From: Octopus sinensis
Taxonomy: Eukaryota
NCBI RefSeq assembly: GCF_006345805.1
Contig: NC_043004.1
Location: forward strand, 20,708,001-20,772,000
Reading direction: 5' to 3'
Length of the DNA stretch: 64,000 bases
This document shows positions 1 to 12,680 of this stretch, in pieces. The translations under genes and the position numbers were made by a program. Each line of letters begins with the position of its first letter. The stretch's first letter is position 1. Under the pieces are notes generated by a model. The model was not told the origin of the DNA, ran no database searches, and saw only the letters and a list, made by a program, of their open reading frames with translations.

Positions 1-45
1 GCATGGCCACAGTCCAGTGACTGAGACAAGTGAAGGATGAAATAT
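1..45 (+). mobile_element. 3' tail of SINE family B (window edge)
   Basis: gcatggccacagtccagtgactgagacaag matches the 3' end of the full SINE-B copy at 47430-47900. Confidence 0.6.
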
Positions 46-119
46 CTTGGATGTATCCTAAGAAAAAAGTAAATTTATAAACTGACTTTTTGACTCAATC
101 AGTCTAGGTCGTAAAAATA

Positions 120-1450
120 TGTGAGGGTCGGCTGAAAATTTCATAGGCTGACCAAGATGCTCTTGTAAAATGTAACCAAATGAGGTTTAGCTTTCAGCAT
201 AGTCTCCCTTGTGGTTCACACATTTCTTTCATTGGTGTTGCAGTGACTGGATCCCACTGGTGAAGAAGCCTTCATCGTATTGGTCAAAAAGTTAACAGCT
301 GATATGATGTCATCATCACTGAGGCACTACTTCCTAGCAAAATGTTTTTTCCTGTAGGAGAACAGATGATAATCAGATGGGACCAAATTAGGAGAATAGG
401 GAGGGGGTGATCACCCAATTCAAGGTCACAGTCATGCACAGAAGCCATTGAACACAAGGTGTTGTGTGTTAGAGTATTGTCCTGATGAAACAAGATCCCT
501 TTCACCAGTTTTGGCATTTCGTCTTGATATCCTTTCATAACTGCCTCAGTACAATAGCATAGTACTCTCCATTGATGGTGTGGCCCTTTTGAAGATAGTT
601 ATTAAAAACAATTAAAAATTGAGGCCATCAATTTCCCTGCAGATGAAACAATGTTGGCCTTCTTTGGAGCAGTTGAGGTGGGATGTTTCCACTGCATGGA
701 TTGTTTCTTTGTCTCTGACTCAGTGATGAACCCAATACTCATCCTGGGTTAGGAAACATTCAATGAAACAGCTGGATCTACCTCAAACAATGTCAGATTT
801 CGCAATGATGTAATCAACTTGATGTACTTTTATCAGGTATCAGAAGATATAGCGCTCACAGAGCAGAAACCTTTAGTCGTACCAAGTCCCTTGTGCAGAA
901 AATAGTGAGCTGGCAGAAACATGAGCACGCCGGGCAAAAGGCTAAGCGGTATTTTGTCTGCCACTACATTCTGAGTTCAAATTCTGCCGTGGTAGACTTT
1001 GCCTTTCATCCTTCTGGGGTTGATAAATTAAGTATCAGTTACGCACTGGGGTTGATATAATCGGCCTAATCCATTTGTCTGTCCTTGTTTGTCCCCTCTG
1101 CGTGTTTGTCCCTTTGTGGGCAGTAAAAAAATAAGAATATTCTCATCTCTCTCACAGCATATTGATTATTTGCTTGTCATCCATACCATGTGATGAACTC
1201 AATCAATGTTTCTTTGGTGGTGGCAGTTGAAGGACATCCAGTCTTTGGGTCATCTTCATAGCTCCATCTTTCCTTCCTAAATTCAACTGACCACTTTTGT
1301 ACTGTTGATAAAGCTGGAGTGTCATCCCTAATGTAGCTAGCATCTCAGCATGATTGTCTTTGAGGGCTAAACCTTTTCTTTGCAGGTGAACACCACAATG
1401 CCAAATTTTGTCCATTTTCAGGAGAAAATGGACAGAAAAATATAGAATGG
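120..1450 (-). mobile_element. Decayed mariner transposon, family A (transposase pseudogene), interrupted by a SINE
   Basis: ORF 1203-1514 contains MDKIWHCG..LQRKGLALKD.HAEMLATLG (mariner N-terminus); ORF 284-538 has ILFHQDN..H.....SVHDCDLEL.DHP (catalytic region); left end gagggtcggctgaaaa matches the TIR of the copy at 38746. Confidence 0.88.
905..1137 (+). mobile_element. tRNA-type SINE family A
   Basis: gagctggcagaaac...ttctgagttcaaattctgccgtggtagactttgcctttcatcc...; same family as 36932-37164; inserted into the mariner. Confidence 0.9.
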
Positions 1451-1623
1451 CTGCAATGCCTTTTGACACAAGTTGGCTTATTTGATCAGAGCTGACCTGG
1501 GAACTATACATCAAATACAGCTGGATTTGAACTCAGATTACTGAATTCATCAAAATAGACACTATGAATAATGTCTAGTCTAGCTAAGCTATCTCACCAA
1601 TAATATATATATACATATATATA

Positions 1624-2160
1624 TTGGGTTGTCCGGAAAGTTCATGCCAAGTTTTAGAGGAAAGAAAAAGGTCAATAAATACTTGCCATTACATTTTTAA
1701 TCAACCAAATATGAAACATTTTGTTGCACAATGCATTTCCATCTTTCCTTTAACTTGAAAATATCCTCTTCCCAAAATTGAGGTGGTTTCATGGCAATGA
1801 CTTCATCAAGGTATCTTTTTACGTCATTCACGGAATTAAAATTTTTACCATTAAGACTATTCTGCAGAGACCTGAATAAGTGAAAATCTGAAGGAGCAAT
1901 ATCTGGTGAATATGGAGGGTGGGTTAACACATCCCAGCCGAGCTGCAGCAATTTTTGTCTGGTTCCCAAAGCATCAAATGCCATTTTAAAGGGTTACAGA
2001 ATTAACACAGGTTATAGGAATCTTCTTCCATGAAAAGATAGCTTAAACTTTGCTCTAAATGGAGGTGTAGCCAAATCCTATTTTATGGACTCAACCATGT
2101 TCTAAATTAAGTCAAAAGGTAAGCTACTATAAATCGGCTTGAACTTTCCGGACAACCCAA
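1624..2160 (-). mobile_element. Internally deleted mariner, family B (537 bp), retaining the transposase C-terminus
   Basis: Perfect 20-bp TIRs ttgggttgtccggaaagttc / gaactttccggacaacccaa; TA on the left flank; ORF 1697-1984 has HPPYSPDIAPSDFHLFRSLQNSL (YSPDL motif). Confidence 0.95.
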
Positions 2161-2184
2161 TGTATATGTATATATATATTTACA

Positions 2185-2345
2185 ATGTGCTTCTTCAGTT
2201 TCTGTCTACTAAATTGACTCACAAGGCTTTGGTTGGCCTGAAGCTATAGTAGAAGACATTTGCCCAAGGTGCAATGCAGTGCGACTGAACATGGAACTAT
2301 GTGGTTGGGAAGCAAGCTTCTTATGACACAGCCATGCCTGTGCCT
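2185..2345 (-). mobile_element. SINE family B, head half
   Basis: cttcagtttctgtctactaaattgactcacaaggctttgg...agaagacatttgcccaagg; reverse strand carries the tRNA-like A/B-box head. Confidence 0.85.
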
Positions 2346-2369
2346 CCACACAGCCGTGCCAGTGCCTGT

Positions 2370-2385
2370 ATATATGTATGTATAT

Positions 2386-2472
<87 letters not shown>

Positions 2473-2822
2473 GTATGGGTATATGAGAGTGTGTGTGTGT
2501 TTACAGATTGTAAGTATATGTGTGTATGTTCATACGTGCGTATGCATGTGTGTGTTTCTGTTTCGATCTGTTATCTCAGCAATCCTCATGAATCAGATTT
2601 CTTTACCAATATTGATCTTGCAAAGCCATTGTTTTACAAGGTTGACAGAGGATTCGATTGATTATTGATATGTGATCTCCTGTCGTTTTAGTTTGATTCA
2701 CACAGGTGCACACTCATGTATACATATGTATAAATGCACACGAGTGTTCTCCCACTCTCTCTCGCTCTCTGAATATATAAATACATTTATATGTATATGT
2801 ATATGTGTGTATATATATTCAA

Positions 2823-2882
<60 letters not shown>

Positions 2883-3190
2883 ATATATATGTGTGTGTCT
2901 ATATATATATATACACACATACACACTCACACACACATTATTACACATACATTTGTGTGTGTGTGTGTGAGTGTGTGCGTGTCTGTGCCAGTGACTGTAA
3001 GGATGTGACTATGATGAGATTATCTATATTTGTTGATATGTCAAAGTATTGCATGTGTCAATATACACATACACACACATACTTGCATACAGACTTAATA
3101 CATACACACACACACACATACACACACACATACACACATACACACACACACATATACACACACATCTGTGAATATATGCATGTTTCTTAA
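2370..3190. repeat. Compound (TA)n/(TG)n/(CA)n microsatellites
   Basis: Direct inspection; source of the YIYI/THTH ORFs. Confidence 0.95.
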
Positions 3191-3799
3191 TTTGTTAATC
3201 AGTGTGCATATATGTATGAGCATACATACATGCATACATATACACTTTTGTGTATTCACATTTGCCCATGTGTGTATCCGTATGTGCGCGTGTTCACTTA
3301 TATACCTGCTTTTATGTGTATGTTCATTGTTTTTTTAACACATTAAATATTTTCTCCCTAGCTGACAAAACTTTTCTCTTTTTCTGCTGGAACTGGAGAG
3401 AAATAGACAAAAGAGACAAAACTGAAAAAAAAAAAAAGACAAAAGGAGACAAAGGGAAAAAAAAAAGAGAAAAAACACAAATGAGACAAAGAAAAAAAAG
3501 CAGTCTACAGAAATTTTAGAAATATTGTTAAAAATGTCACTTGGTTCTAATCCAACAAGGTAACTAGATTCTAGTGTAAATTTCTATTGTAAACTACTGA
3601 CAAGAAGAACAACAATATCTGAAGCAAAATGGTAAAGAAACAGTAGGCAGCATAAATAGAACAACACCAACAGAAAATGGTATGAGTCATAAACAACAAT
3701 AAAGTCTTTGTTACTAATTAAGTCATATAAAAATGTGTATTTTATTCCTGATGGTGAAACATTTTGAAGTGAATGCACAGCACCGCACCAGTATTCCAT

Positions 3800-4460
3800 G
3801 ACCACCCCACTTCATAAATACCATTCCACCAACACTGAGCCTAATTCAACATCAATGTAAGTAAATACAATGCCACACCTCCATCATGCAACCACCACCA
3901 CCACCACACTGCCATACTATAACACCACTCCATACACCATACCACCACATCATCACCAGCTCAGACTACCACACAACATCACACTGCAAATACCATCATC
4001 CTGCATCAATATTTATTCATAAAAACAATTAAAAAAATGTGGCATTTATTTCTTAATTTTTACTTGGATTTTTGATGATTTATTTTTCAATTTTATTTTC
4101 TTGATATTTTCATACTTTCTTCAATAACGTATTTAATAGTGTGCCACAGTTACTACCACTGTAATTACAATTGCTTAGTACTACTGCCAACAGCACTATC
4201 ACTGCTATTATTATCACTTTTAGAAGATCAACTGAATCTATATCTACCACCACTATCACTACAATACATTTCAACTCCATCACCACATTACCACAATAAC
4301 TGCCACTACCACCTATACTACAACAACCACTACTGTAACTACCCCTACAACACTTTATACTGATTGCACATCACATCCTATCACAACATTAAACCTAACC
4401 TTTATAAATAAACAAGCAATCCTAATATAACCTACATCACACCAACTACTAATGGTGTCA
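3800..4460. repeat. Degenerate (ACC/ACT/CAT)-rich low-complexity tract
   Basis: Cryptic triplet repetition such as accaccaccact, cactatcact. Confidence 0.7.
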
Positions 4461-4695
4461 CCATAATAACTGTGAGGTGGAGAACGAAATTAAAGAAAGT
4501 TTTATTGAATTAATCCTTTTCTGCAGAAATCAGATATATCCACTACAAATTTAACTGCACAAAGTGGTTTTATGCACTTATCTATTTTGGTTGAGGACTG
4601 TCATGTTTGAAACTAATTTTTGATGAGATATATTGAAGTGACAAGGTAACAATGAGTTGTGGAAAATAATAATTTATTCTTTGGTAGATATTTAA

Positions 4696-4916
4696 CCCTT
4701 TAGTGTTCACATTATTCTGCCAAAATTAATGCTTTTTAATCCACATTGTTTTGAACTAATCATGCATTATCTTGTAGCTATGAGATTTTGATGAGGTAGC
4801 TGTTAATTTTTAAAATGATATTGTAGGGTTGGTGTGAGAGACCAGATCTGGCCAGTTTGAACATAAAACAGGCAGAATACTTTTGGCTGGATATGGCCGG
4901 TTTAAATGCTAAAGGG
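4696..4916. mobile_element. piggyBac-type MITE, family 1 (221 bp)
   Basis: TTAA at 4692-4695 and 4917-4920 flanking ccctttag...ctaaaggg termini. Confidence 0.85.
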
Positions 4917-4924
4917 TTAACATC

Positions 4925-5255
4925 ATTACTGGGCCTCACAGAAGTGATGAAAGTGACTGAGACCATTGGTAATATCCTGTGCTTGAGGAGACTCATCAAG
5001 CCAAGTGAAAATGTAGTCATGGCCCATGCTGGTGCTCCATAACAGGGGCCTGTACCAGTGACATGTGAAAGCACCCATGCTGATGGCATGTAAAAGGCAC
5101 CCATTACACTCTTGGAGTGGCTGGTGTTAGGAAGGGCATCCAGCTGTAGAAACCATGCTAAATCAGACTGAAACCTGGTGCAGCTCTCCGGCTTACCAGT
5201 TCCAGTAAAACTGTCGAACCCACGCCAGCATGGAAAACAGACGTTAAATGATGAT
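4925..5255 (+). mobile_element. RTE-clade LINE 3' end (ORF C-terminus, 3'UTR, (GAT)n tail)
   Basis: Frameshifted LTEVM.SD*DHW*YPVLEETHQAK*, then ttaggaagggcatccagctgtagaaac...gacgttaaatgatgatg. Confidence 0.8.
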
Positions 5256-5347
5256 GATGATGATGATTACCAAAATAATGAGGAAATTTAATTTTGTAGC
5301 TAAGGAAAGGAAGGAATTACTGAGCAAAAGAGGCAGATTCTATTGAA

Positions 5348-5508
5348 CTATGTAGGGAGTTTCAATTGAGACAATGATGGAACCCTTTTTTGTTTAATCA
5401 AGAAGAAACAGTCTACTAATGCAACAATTGTGTCAATGAGGGCCTCCTTGTATTTGCTTGAACTGTAAGTAAATGTAGTCAAATCTCCTTCAAATCTCAT
5501 CATCCTGT
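5348..5508 (-). CDS. Candidate (terminal?) exon of an unidentified host gene
   Basis: Acceptor tctattttgtctttcctttgttttcaag; phase-1 frame DRMMRFEGDLTTFTYSSSKYKEALIDTIVALVDCFFLIKQKRVPSLSQLKLPT*; the other two frames close early; no homology recognised. Confidence 0.25.
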
Positions 5509-6049
5509 CTTGAAAACAAAGGAAAGACAAAATAGATTATTTATTTCTTGTTAAACTATGACTCAGTAACAGTTGGTGGAGTATGTCATGTCTAAAATAC
5601 TTTTGCTCATAGATTTACTGAGTCAAACCTGATCTGGGGGTAACAACTACGACTGCTGTTGTTGTTGCTATAATAATGACAGCCATGACAACGGTTATAG
5701 TTTTGTTGTTAGAAATGCATTATTTCTAACAATATGACTAAGAGACTTGTTAACAAATGTTAGTTAAGTATGTTTAGATGAATCAGAATAAAAAGACGAA
5801 AATCAGAAATTGTAATCATAAATAATTCATTTTGTTCCAACGCAAAATCTATATTAATTCCAAGCACCAGATGCTATTTGGCTAATCTGACTTATGTTCT
5901 TTAATTTACTATATTTGACAAGTTATCATCTTACAAACCACATAATTAGAAATATACTTTCTATGATATACATACACACACAAACACACACACACACGTT
6001 CATCTTCACTACTTTCTTTTCCTGACTGACTGTCTTTCTCTCAGTATAC

Positions 6050-6057
6050 CTAAATCA

Positions 6058-6100
<43 letters not shown>

Positions 6101-6373
6101 ATCTTTCTTTCAATTCTTCTTTTGCGACAAAACACAACAACAGTTAGCATATTCACATTTGAGATATATATATATATATATATATATATAAGTAAATGAA
6201 TAAATATATATATATAAATATAACATAAATAATATATATATACATATGCATATATACATACATATATGTACATACCTACATCTATATGTATATATACATG
6301 CTTATATAGGTACAGGACACCAAAGAAACGTTGAACACAATGAGAAACGAAAACATAAAAACAATATATATAC

Positions 6374-6426
<53 letters not shown>

Positions 6427-6500
6427 TGTAGATATATATATATACACACATATATATACATACACACATATATACACACACATACATACACACACACACA
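6050..6500. repeat. (CT)n/(TA)n/(TG)n microsatellites with a short interspersed repeat at 6295-6365
   Basis: Direct inspection; the gtcctgtacc motif (reverse strand) recurs near 30190. Confidence 0.85.
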
Positions 6501-7243
6501 TATATACTCTTAAAAATCAAGTTTGCTCGTACATTGACCACTAATAATGCTAAACACAATTGATAATGACTAAGATCTTTCATGCATTTTCAACTAATCT
6601 GACCTCTGACATTCTCATTATGGACTTTTGTTTCTAAAAATGGGTTGTGTGGGGATGATAAATGACTCTTACACTATGAAGTTCAGTAGTGTGGGAGTTG
6701 GAAAGATAATTTACAAACACCCTTATGTCTCATCAGTAATGCTGGGAAAGCAAGAAACAGAGATGAAGTGAGTGACAGCAAGGGATGCTAAATGTTTTGC
6801 TGAAATCACAGGTATTTTAATCAAAATGAAGCTGCAAATTTTTATCGTAAATTGAATTTTGCTTATCAGTTTCACAGACATGTCTGAATCTATATATATG
6901 AAATTAAATGATAAACTCATTTGTTTTCAAACTATTATTGCTTTTTCCAAGCAAAGCATATTTTACAGATTTCATCAATCTAAGAAATGTAAACAAACTT
7001 GCACATATGAACAAACATTCACACACTCACACATACGTATGCTTATGTATATGTGTGGGAATTAGTGTACACACACACAGATACACACTCATATACATGT
7101 ATATATATATATACAGAGAGAGAGAGAGAAATATAAATATACATACATATATATGAATGTATACATGCATACATCATATGTATATATATATGTGCATATA
7201 TATGAATATATATATGCATATACATGAATGTATATATGCATAC

Positions 7244-7279
<36 letters not shown>

Positions 7280-7286
<7 letters not shown>

Positions 7287-7490
7287 ATTCGTTAGCTACT
7301 GCACGCATTTTTTTTCTCTCCTTCTTTCTGTGTTTTTCTCTCTCTGTGTATCTTTCTGTTGAAGAGCGTAGGCTCGAAACGTTAAAGACTTGTTTTATTT
7401 ATATTTCCTGAGCGCCATACTAATACAATTGTTCGTTTGTTTTCCACCTGCCTTCGTCTTTTGTTTATTTTCATAAAGCTTCCCGTTATA
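7280..7490 (+). mobile_element. Probable Penelope-like element terminal-repeat fragment
   Basis: Carries a minimal hammerhead motif typical of PLE pseudo-LTRs; neighbouring segment 7585-7660 (atatttcg.aatggtcatattgccagtttagccaa) recurs at 41925-41975. Confidence 0.5.
7351..7388 (+). ncRNA. Minimal type-I hammerhead ribozyme motif (core variant)
   Basis: UCUUU-CUGUUGA-A-GAGC(GUAG)GCUC-GAAAC-GUU-AAAGA: helix I UCUUU/AAAGA, helix II GAGC/GCUC, loop-less palindromic helix III; core A6 is U. Confidence 0.65.
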
Positions 7491-7694
7491 TATATATATA
7501 TTTATATATATGTGTGTGTGTATGTATATATATGCATACGTATGTATATGTATATTTATATCCATATATATATATATATATATATATTGTTATATTTCGT
7601 AATGGTCATATTGCCAGTTTAGCCAAAAAGATCTTGCACAACAAATATTTAAACGTATATATATATATATATATACATATGTATGTGTGTGTGC

Positions 7695-7727
<33 letters not shown>

Positions 7728-7793
<66 letters not shown>

Positions 7794-7795
7794 TT
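7728..7795. repeat. (GATA)n microsatellite
   Basis: Direct inspection. Confidence 0.97.
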
Positions 7796-8427
7796 AAGTT
7801 TAAATAGCGGTTAAAATAACCACCTTAAGGGATAGAAAATATCCAAAGAATTACTGGTTTGTTACCTAATATTTTGTTTTCAATATTAATATTCCTAAAG
7901 AAAATAGGTTTAAGTATAAAACTTTATTTATAAATATTCAAATTAAAATTCGGAAAATGGAGAAGTAGCATTAATATAATTTATTAACAGCAAAAAATTC
8001 AAAATGTTCTCTTACAGCTGTTTTAATTCTACCCAAATGAATTAAATTTCAGTAATTAAAACAATTTTGGGGGCAAAATCTCCTCAGAGGAATAGAAAAA
8101 GTAAAAAAGACATATTATTAACATGTTATTTTTCCAAAACATCTCAATGGACTAAATCTCATATAATTACTAATATATGTATAAAGCTTGGCAAAGGGAT
8201 AACAGTATAATGGTAGTAATTGGTTAATAAATGTTAGATTGTAAGTTACAGTAAAAATAGTATGATATAAGTGAGAGAATAAATCAGTGGTTATTTTAAT
8301 AATTTAAGAAATTAAATGAATTAATGTGAAAGATAAAGTATAAAATAATCATAGCCGAAAAGGACTGCAATCTTATGTATACACAGTGTACATATATACA
8401 TACATCTATAGGTATATATATATAGGT

Positions 8428-8480
<53 letters not shown>

Positions 8481-8505
8481 TATACATATATATATATATT
8501 TCTGT

Positions 8506-8805
8506 GCACATAAAAAGCACCATCCGAACGTTGCCAGCGCCGCCTTGGCTGGCTTCCGTGCCGCTGGCATGTTAAAAGCTCCAACCGATCGTGGCCAATG
8601 CCGGACCCCTCCTGGCACCTGTGCAGGTGGCACGTAAAAAGCACCCACTACACTCACAGAGTGGTTGGCGTTAGGAAGGGCATCCAGCCGTAGAAACTCT
8701 GCCAGATCAGACTGGAGCCTGGAGCAGCCCCTGGCTTCCCAGACCCCGGTCGAACCGTCCAACCCGTGCTAGCACACGGACGTTAAACAATGATTATGAT
8801 GATGA
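8506..8805 (+). mobile_element. RTE-type 3'UTR copy
   Basis: ggcacgtaaaaagcacccactacactcacagagtggttggcgttaggaagggcatccagccgtagaaac...(gat)n tail. Confidence 0.85.
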
Positions 8806-8822
8806 TATATATATACACATAT

Positions 8823-9123
8823 GGAGGCGCAATGGCCCAGTGGTTAGGGCAACGGACTTGCGGTCGTAGGATCGCTGTTTTGATTCCCAGACCGTGCGTT
8901 GTGAGTGTTTATTGAGCAAAAACACCTAAAAGCTCCACGAGGCTCCGGTAGGGGGGGATCCCTGCTGTACTCTTTCACCACTCTTTCTCTCACTCTTTCT
9001 TCTGTTGGTCTGCTTGCTTAACCAGTGGGGTGGCATCATTCGAAGGCTAAAACAATGCGAAAGCATTGTGACCAGCAATGTATAACAACATCTGAATGTC
9101 TGATCGGTCACGTGATCATGTGA
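8823..9123 (+). mobile_element. tRNA-derived SINE family D
   Basis: ggaggcgcaatggcccagtggttagg (A box) ... gttttgattccc (B-box-like), followed by a non-tRNA body. Confidence 0.8.
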
Positions 9124-10024
9124 TATATATATTATATACTCTATTGCATGCATTCGCAACGGAGATATACATTGCTAGGCAATAATATTTACATATAAGT
9201 GACAATATATGCATATATGTAAAAATACTTACTCATATACACACGTAAAATACACGTGTACAAACAGTTGGGATAGATATGTAAGTATAAAGTACTTCCA
9301 CAGAAAAATTCTTTTATATATGCATATATATATATATATGGAATGTAGACCTTTTACCTAATAAGAGGAAGTTTGTATATTGCTTGCTTGTTTGATTGGA
9401 ATGTTACCCAGCCAAACTGGCGCATAATGGGAAAATACTATGAATTAAGTTTACCCTGAAATGTTAATACGAACGAAATAAAACGAGTTTGCATAAATCA
9501 GACAAGTGGTTTTTAAGATATCAGAGGTTTTCAGGGGTATAATGCCGAAAACGGTGCCCAGTGGGAAAATATTCCAAAAATAATTTTAATCCTGAAGGGG
9601 AAGAAACTCATATCTTTCGATTAGACACAGTAACTTGAGAATAAAAAATACATTGTAAAATGTAATGTGGTTGTTAAAAATTGTCTTTTACAGTGAATAT
9701 TTCTAATTTTGCTTTTGTTAAACACAATATTGTAATCATTTAGAAATATTTTTAAGTGAGTGTGATATCAAAAATATAAGTTGTTTGTACAGTAAGTATT
9801 TATATTTTAGCTTTCTTTAAACAGACAATATTTTAATGTTTTTTTTTTTATTATTTTCAAGTGAATACCTTAGCAAAAACTTATTTTGACATGTTCAAAA
9901 ATATTTTAAAGTGAAAATGACTTTTAAAATAACGTAAATATTTTGAAAAAACCCATTTGTAACATTAGTATAAAATAGTTTTTTGCATAGGATTTTTTTA
10001 AGTGCATTCAACGTATCTCACCTC

Positions 10025-10285
10025 CAAAGATTTGGCTGCTATTTCTAGCACACCCTCCTACCACGTAAATGCTATTTGCGATAAAGATCCCGAAATGCCT
10101 ATTATGTGGTAGCTGCGCATGCAAGAAATAGCAGTCAAATTATTCCTTTTCTGGGGAGAGGAGTTGTTTACGCATGATTTTGATGCGAAATAACCTGGAA
10201 AAGAAAACAAGCACCCATGAAACAAAACTCCGTTGCTGGGAAACTCAAAGTTTCCCAGTGACCCAACAAGACACAGGTAGTCTAG
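10025..10285 (+). mobile_element. Helitron-like 3' terminus (non-autonomous)
   Basis: Perfect 10-bp hairpin ctgggaaact-caa-agtttcccag (10236-10258), then CTAG|T at 10282-10286; internal inverted pair atttggctgctatttctagc / gcaagaaatagcagtcaaat. Confidence 0.5.
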
Positions 10286-10389
10286 TACTAAAGAAAATTG
10301 GTTATAATTTAGGTTCAACTAATCTCATCTGCAACATCAGACCTCCAGTGTGCTTGTTATTGACTTTTCTCTTGAAAATGGATTTGGAG

Positions 10390-10680
10390 TGTTTCATCTA
10401 GAATTGTCGCTACGCTTTTAACTGGAGGCCAGACAGCTCATTCTGCTTTCAAATTAGACTTGAGCCTCAGTATGAACGAAACACCTGTGTGTTATTTAAA
10501 GAACTGAGGAACTATCCAAGTATTGCAAAGATATGTGGAAATTTCGAGGGATGAATGCACGATGGCACACAGATATGCATTGGAGGCTTTGGACAGAACA
10601 CTGAAAGATATCCATAACAACACAACACTCATGGGAAGATTCACTGTTATTTTGTTTGGGACTTCTGACAAATAAATACT
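10390..10680 (+). pseudogene. Helitron RepHel PIF1-family helicase fragment (motifs Ia-III)
   Basis: VSSRIVATLLTGGQTAHSAFKL...N*G...DECTMAHRYALEALDRTLKDI...ILFG, then frameshifted DF*QI (GDFRQ motif). Confidence 0.9.
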
Positions 10681-11684
10681 CTAAATAAACATTACATACG
10701 TGCTGCAATATTTAAATACCATTTCAGATTTTTTTTTTATTTTAAGGAAAGTGGACATTATGATAGATGCCAATAGATGCTTTAGGAATAGATTTGATTA
10801 CATTACAGACTGGGGTGAAGGTTGGGTGACTGCTAGTATGTATACAAGAAAGACTGTTCTGGCTGGTACATTGATATTGTGTAAAACAATTGAAAGAAAC
10901 AATATGCAGTTTGATCTAAGAATCAAGACCACAGCCTTATGGTTGTGAACTTGACACCCTGACCACTAACCACATATTTATGCACACACACACACACACA
11001 CACAATAGTGATAATGCTTCAACAAGTAAGAAAGCATTTGATCTGCTAAGAGAGCAAAGATAATGTTATAAGAAAAAACCCACAAATCTTGTTAAATACA
11101 GCTACCAAGGGTTTTCTGGTCAAAATAATTTGTTTCACCAATTATCAAGCTCAAAAGACAAGTGAGCAATGGAATAATTTTAATTATTTTGACCAGTAAA
11201 ACCTGGGTAGCTGTAGTTAACAAAGTTAGCGGTTATTTTATTATAACATTATACACACACACACACATACACATATATGTACAATATATAGGAAGGATTT
11301 GAAGGAATAATTCCAAGGTAGTTAATTGTTGCTTAAGTGCCCTAGGAAACAATTGACACACTTGTGTAGGATTTGTCACCTCTTTCTATTTTTCCTATAT
11401 ATATATGTGTGTGTGTATATATATATATATATATACAGAAATCTTCACCTTATTGAATTACTTCATAACTTTGATATGGGGAAAAGTGTGTAACCTTTGT
11501 TGCCAATAAATTATTTCTCCTGAACATAGTCCACTTTTGTTTTCTATACCTGCCATGGACTGCTTGAAGCATACTAACCTCCTACATTTGGATCCTTGGA
11601 TTTTACCCATATATATATCTATAATGTGTGTGTGCATGTGTGTGTGTGTGCGTGCATGTGTGTCTGTGTATGTGTGTGTATACA

Positions 11685-11720
<36 letters not shown>

Positions 11721-12076
11721 TGTATGTATGGATGGATGTGTATGAGTAAGACTGCACCTGCTGGCACATTGAGATAATGAGAAGAAACCAAAGTGTAATT
11801 TAAATATTTATTTCTTAACATAATACTTCATCTTGCTCTTCTGTATTAGTAGTACATTTATATCTAGACATAGATCAGTGTTGTTGTGACATTTGTTGTC
11901 ATTGTTATTCTTGTTATTACTATTGTTGTTGCTTGTTGTTTTAACGTTGCTTTTTTTGTTGTTAGCCACCTAATCAGGCCTATCTGAGCAAAGCTATAGT
12001 CATGTTTCTAATACTACATTATTTACAATACATTCCATTTAGAAAAGAAATTGACTCCACACACAAATATATACAC

Positions 12077-12157
<81 letters not shown>

Positions 12158-12259
12158 CATACATATATATACATCATCATCGTCGTTTAACGTCCGTTCT
12201 CCATGCTAGCATGGGTTGGACATATACATATATACATATATACACACACGCACAAATAT

Positions 12260-12306
<47 letters not shown>

Positions 12307-12329
12307 TATTATATATATATATATATGCA

Positions 12330-12475
12330 ACCAGCTTCTTTCAGTTTTCATCTACCAGTTCTGCTTACAAGGCTTTGATCGGCCAAGGTGGCTTGCAATA
12401 GAATTGAACCAAGAATCATGTATTTGGGAAGCAAATTCCCTACCACACAGTTGTGCCTGCATATATATACATATA

Positions 12476-12516
<41 letters not shown>

Positions 12517-12680
12517 TTGGGTGTGTATATGTGTACATACACAAGCTTGTTTCAATTGCCCTCTACTAAATCCATTCACAAGTTTTCAATTCTTTTGTTG
12601 GCCCAGGGCTATAATAAGGGACACTTGCCCAAGGTGCTGTGCAGTGGGATTGAAACTGACACCATGTACTTGAGAAGCAA
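12330..12680 (-). mobile_element. Two degraded SINE-B head fragments separated by (TG)n
   Basis: cttctttcagttttcatctacc...acaaggctttgatcggcc; gacacttgcccaaggtgc...gggattgaaac. Confidence 0.75.

Noticed and set aside
3250-3519. Lys-rich ORF
   Set aside because: Arises from A-rich low-complexity sequence
7800-8200. Possible degenerate Penelope ORF remnants (..LGAKSPQRNRK)
   Set aside because: Too decayed and AT-rich to support by eye; needs a profile search
8823-8900. tRNA-like sequences at SINE heads (also SINE-A and SINE-B heads)
   Set aside because: No complete cloverleaf or acceptor stem; they continue into SINE bodies, so they are not tRNA genes
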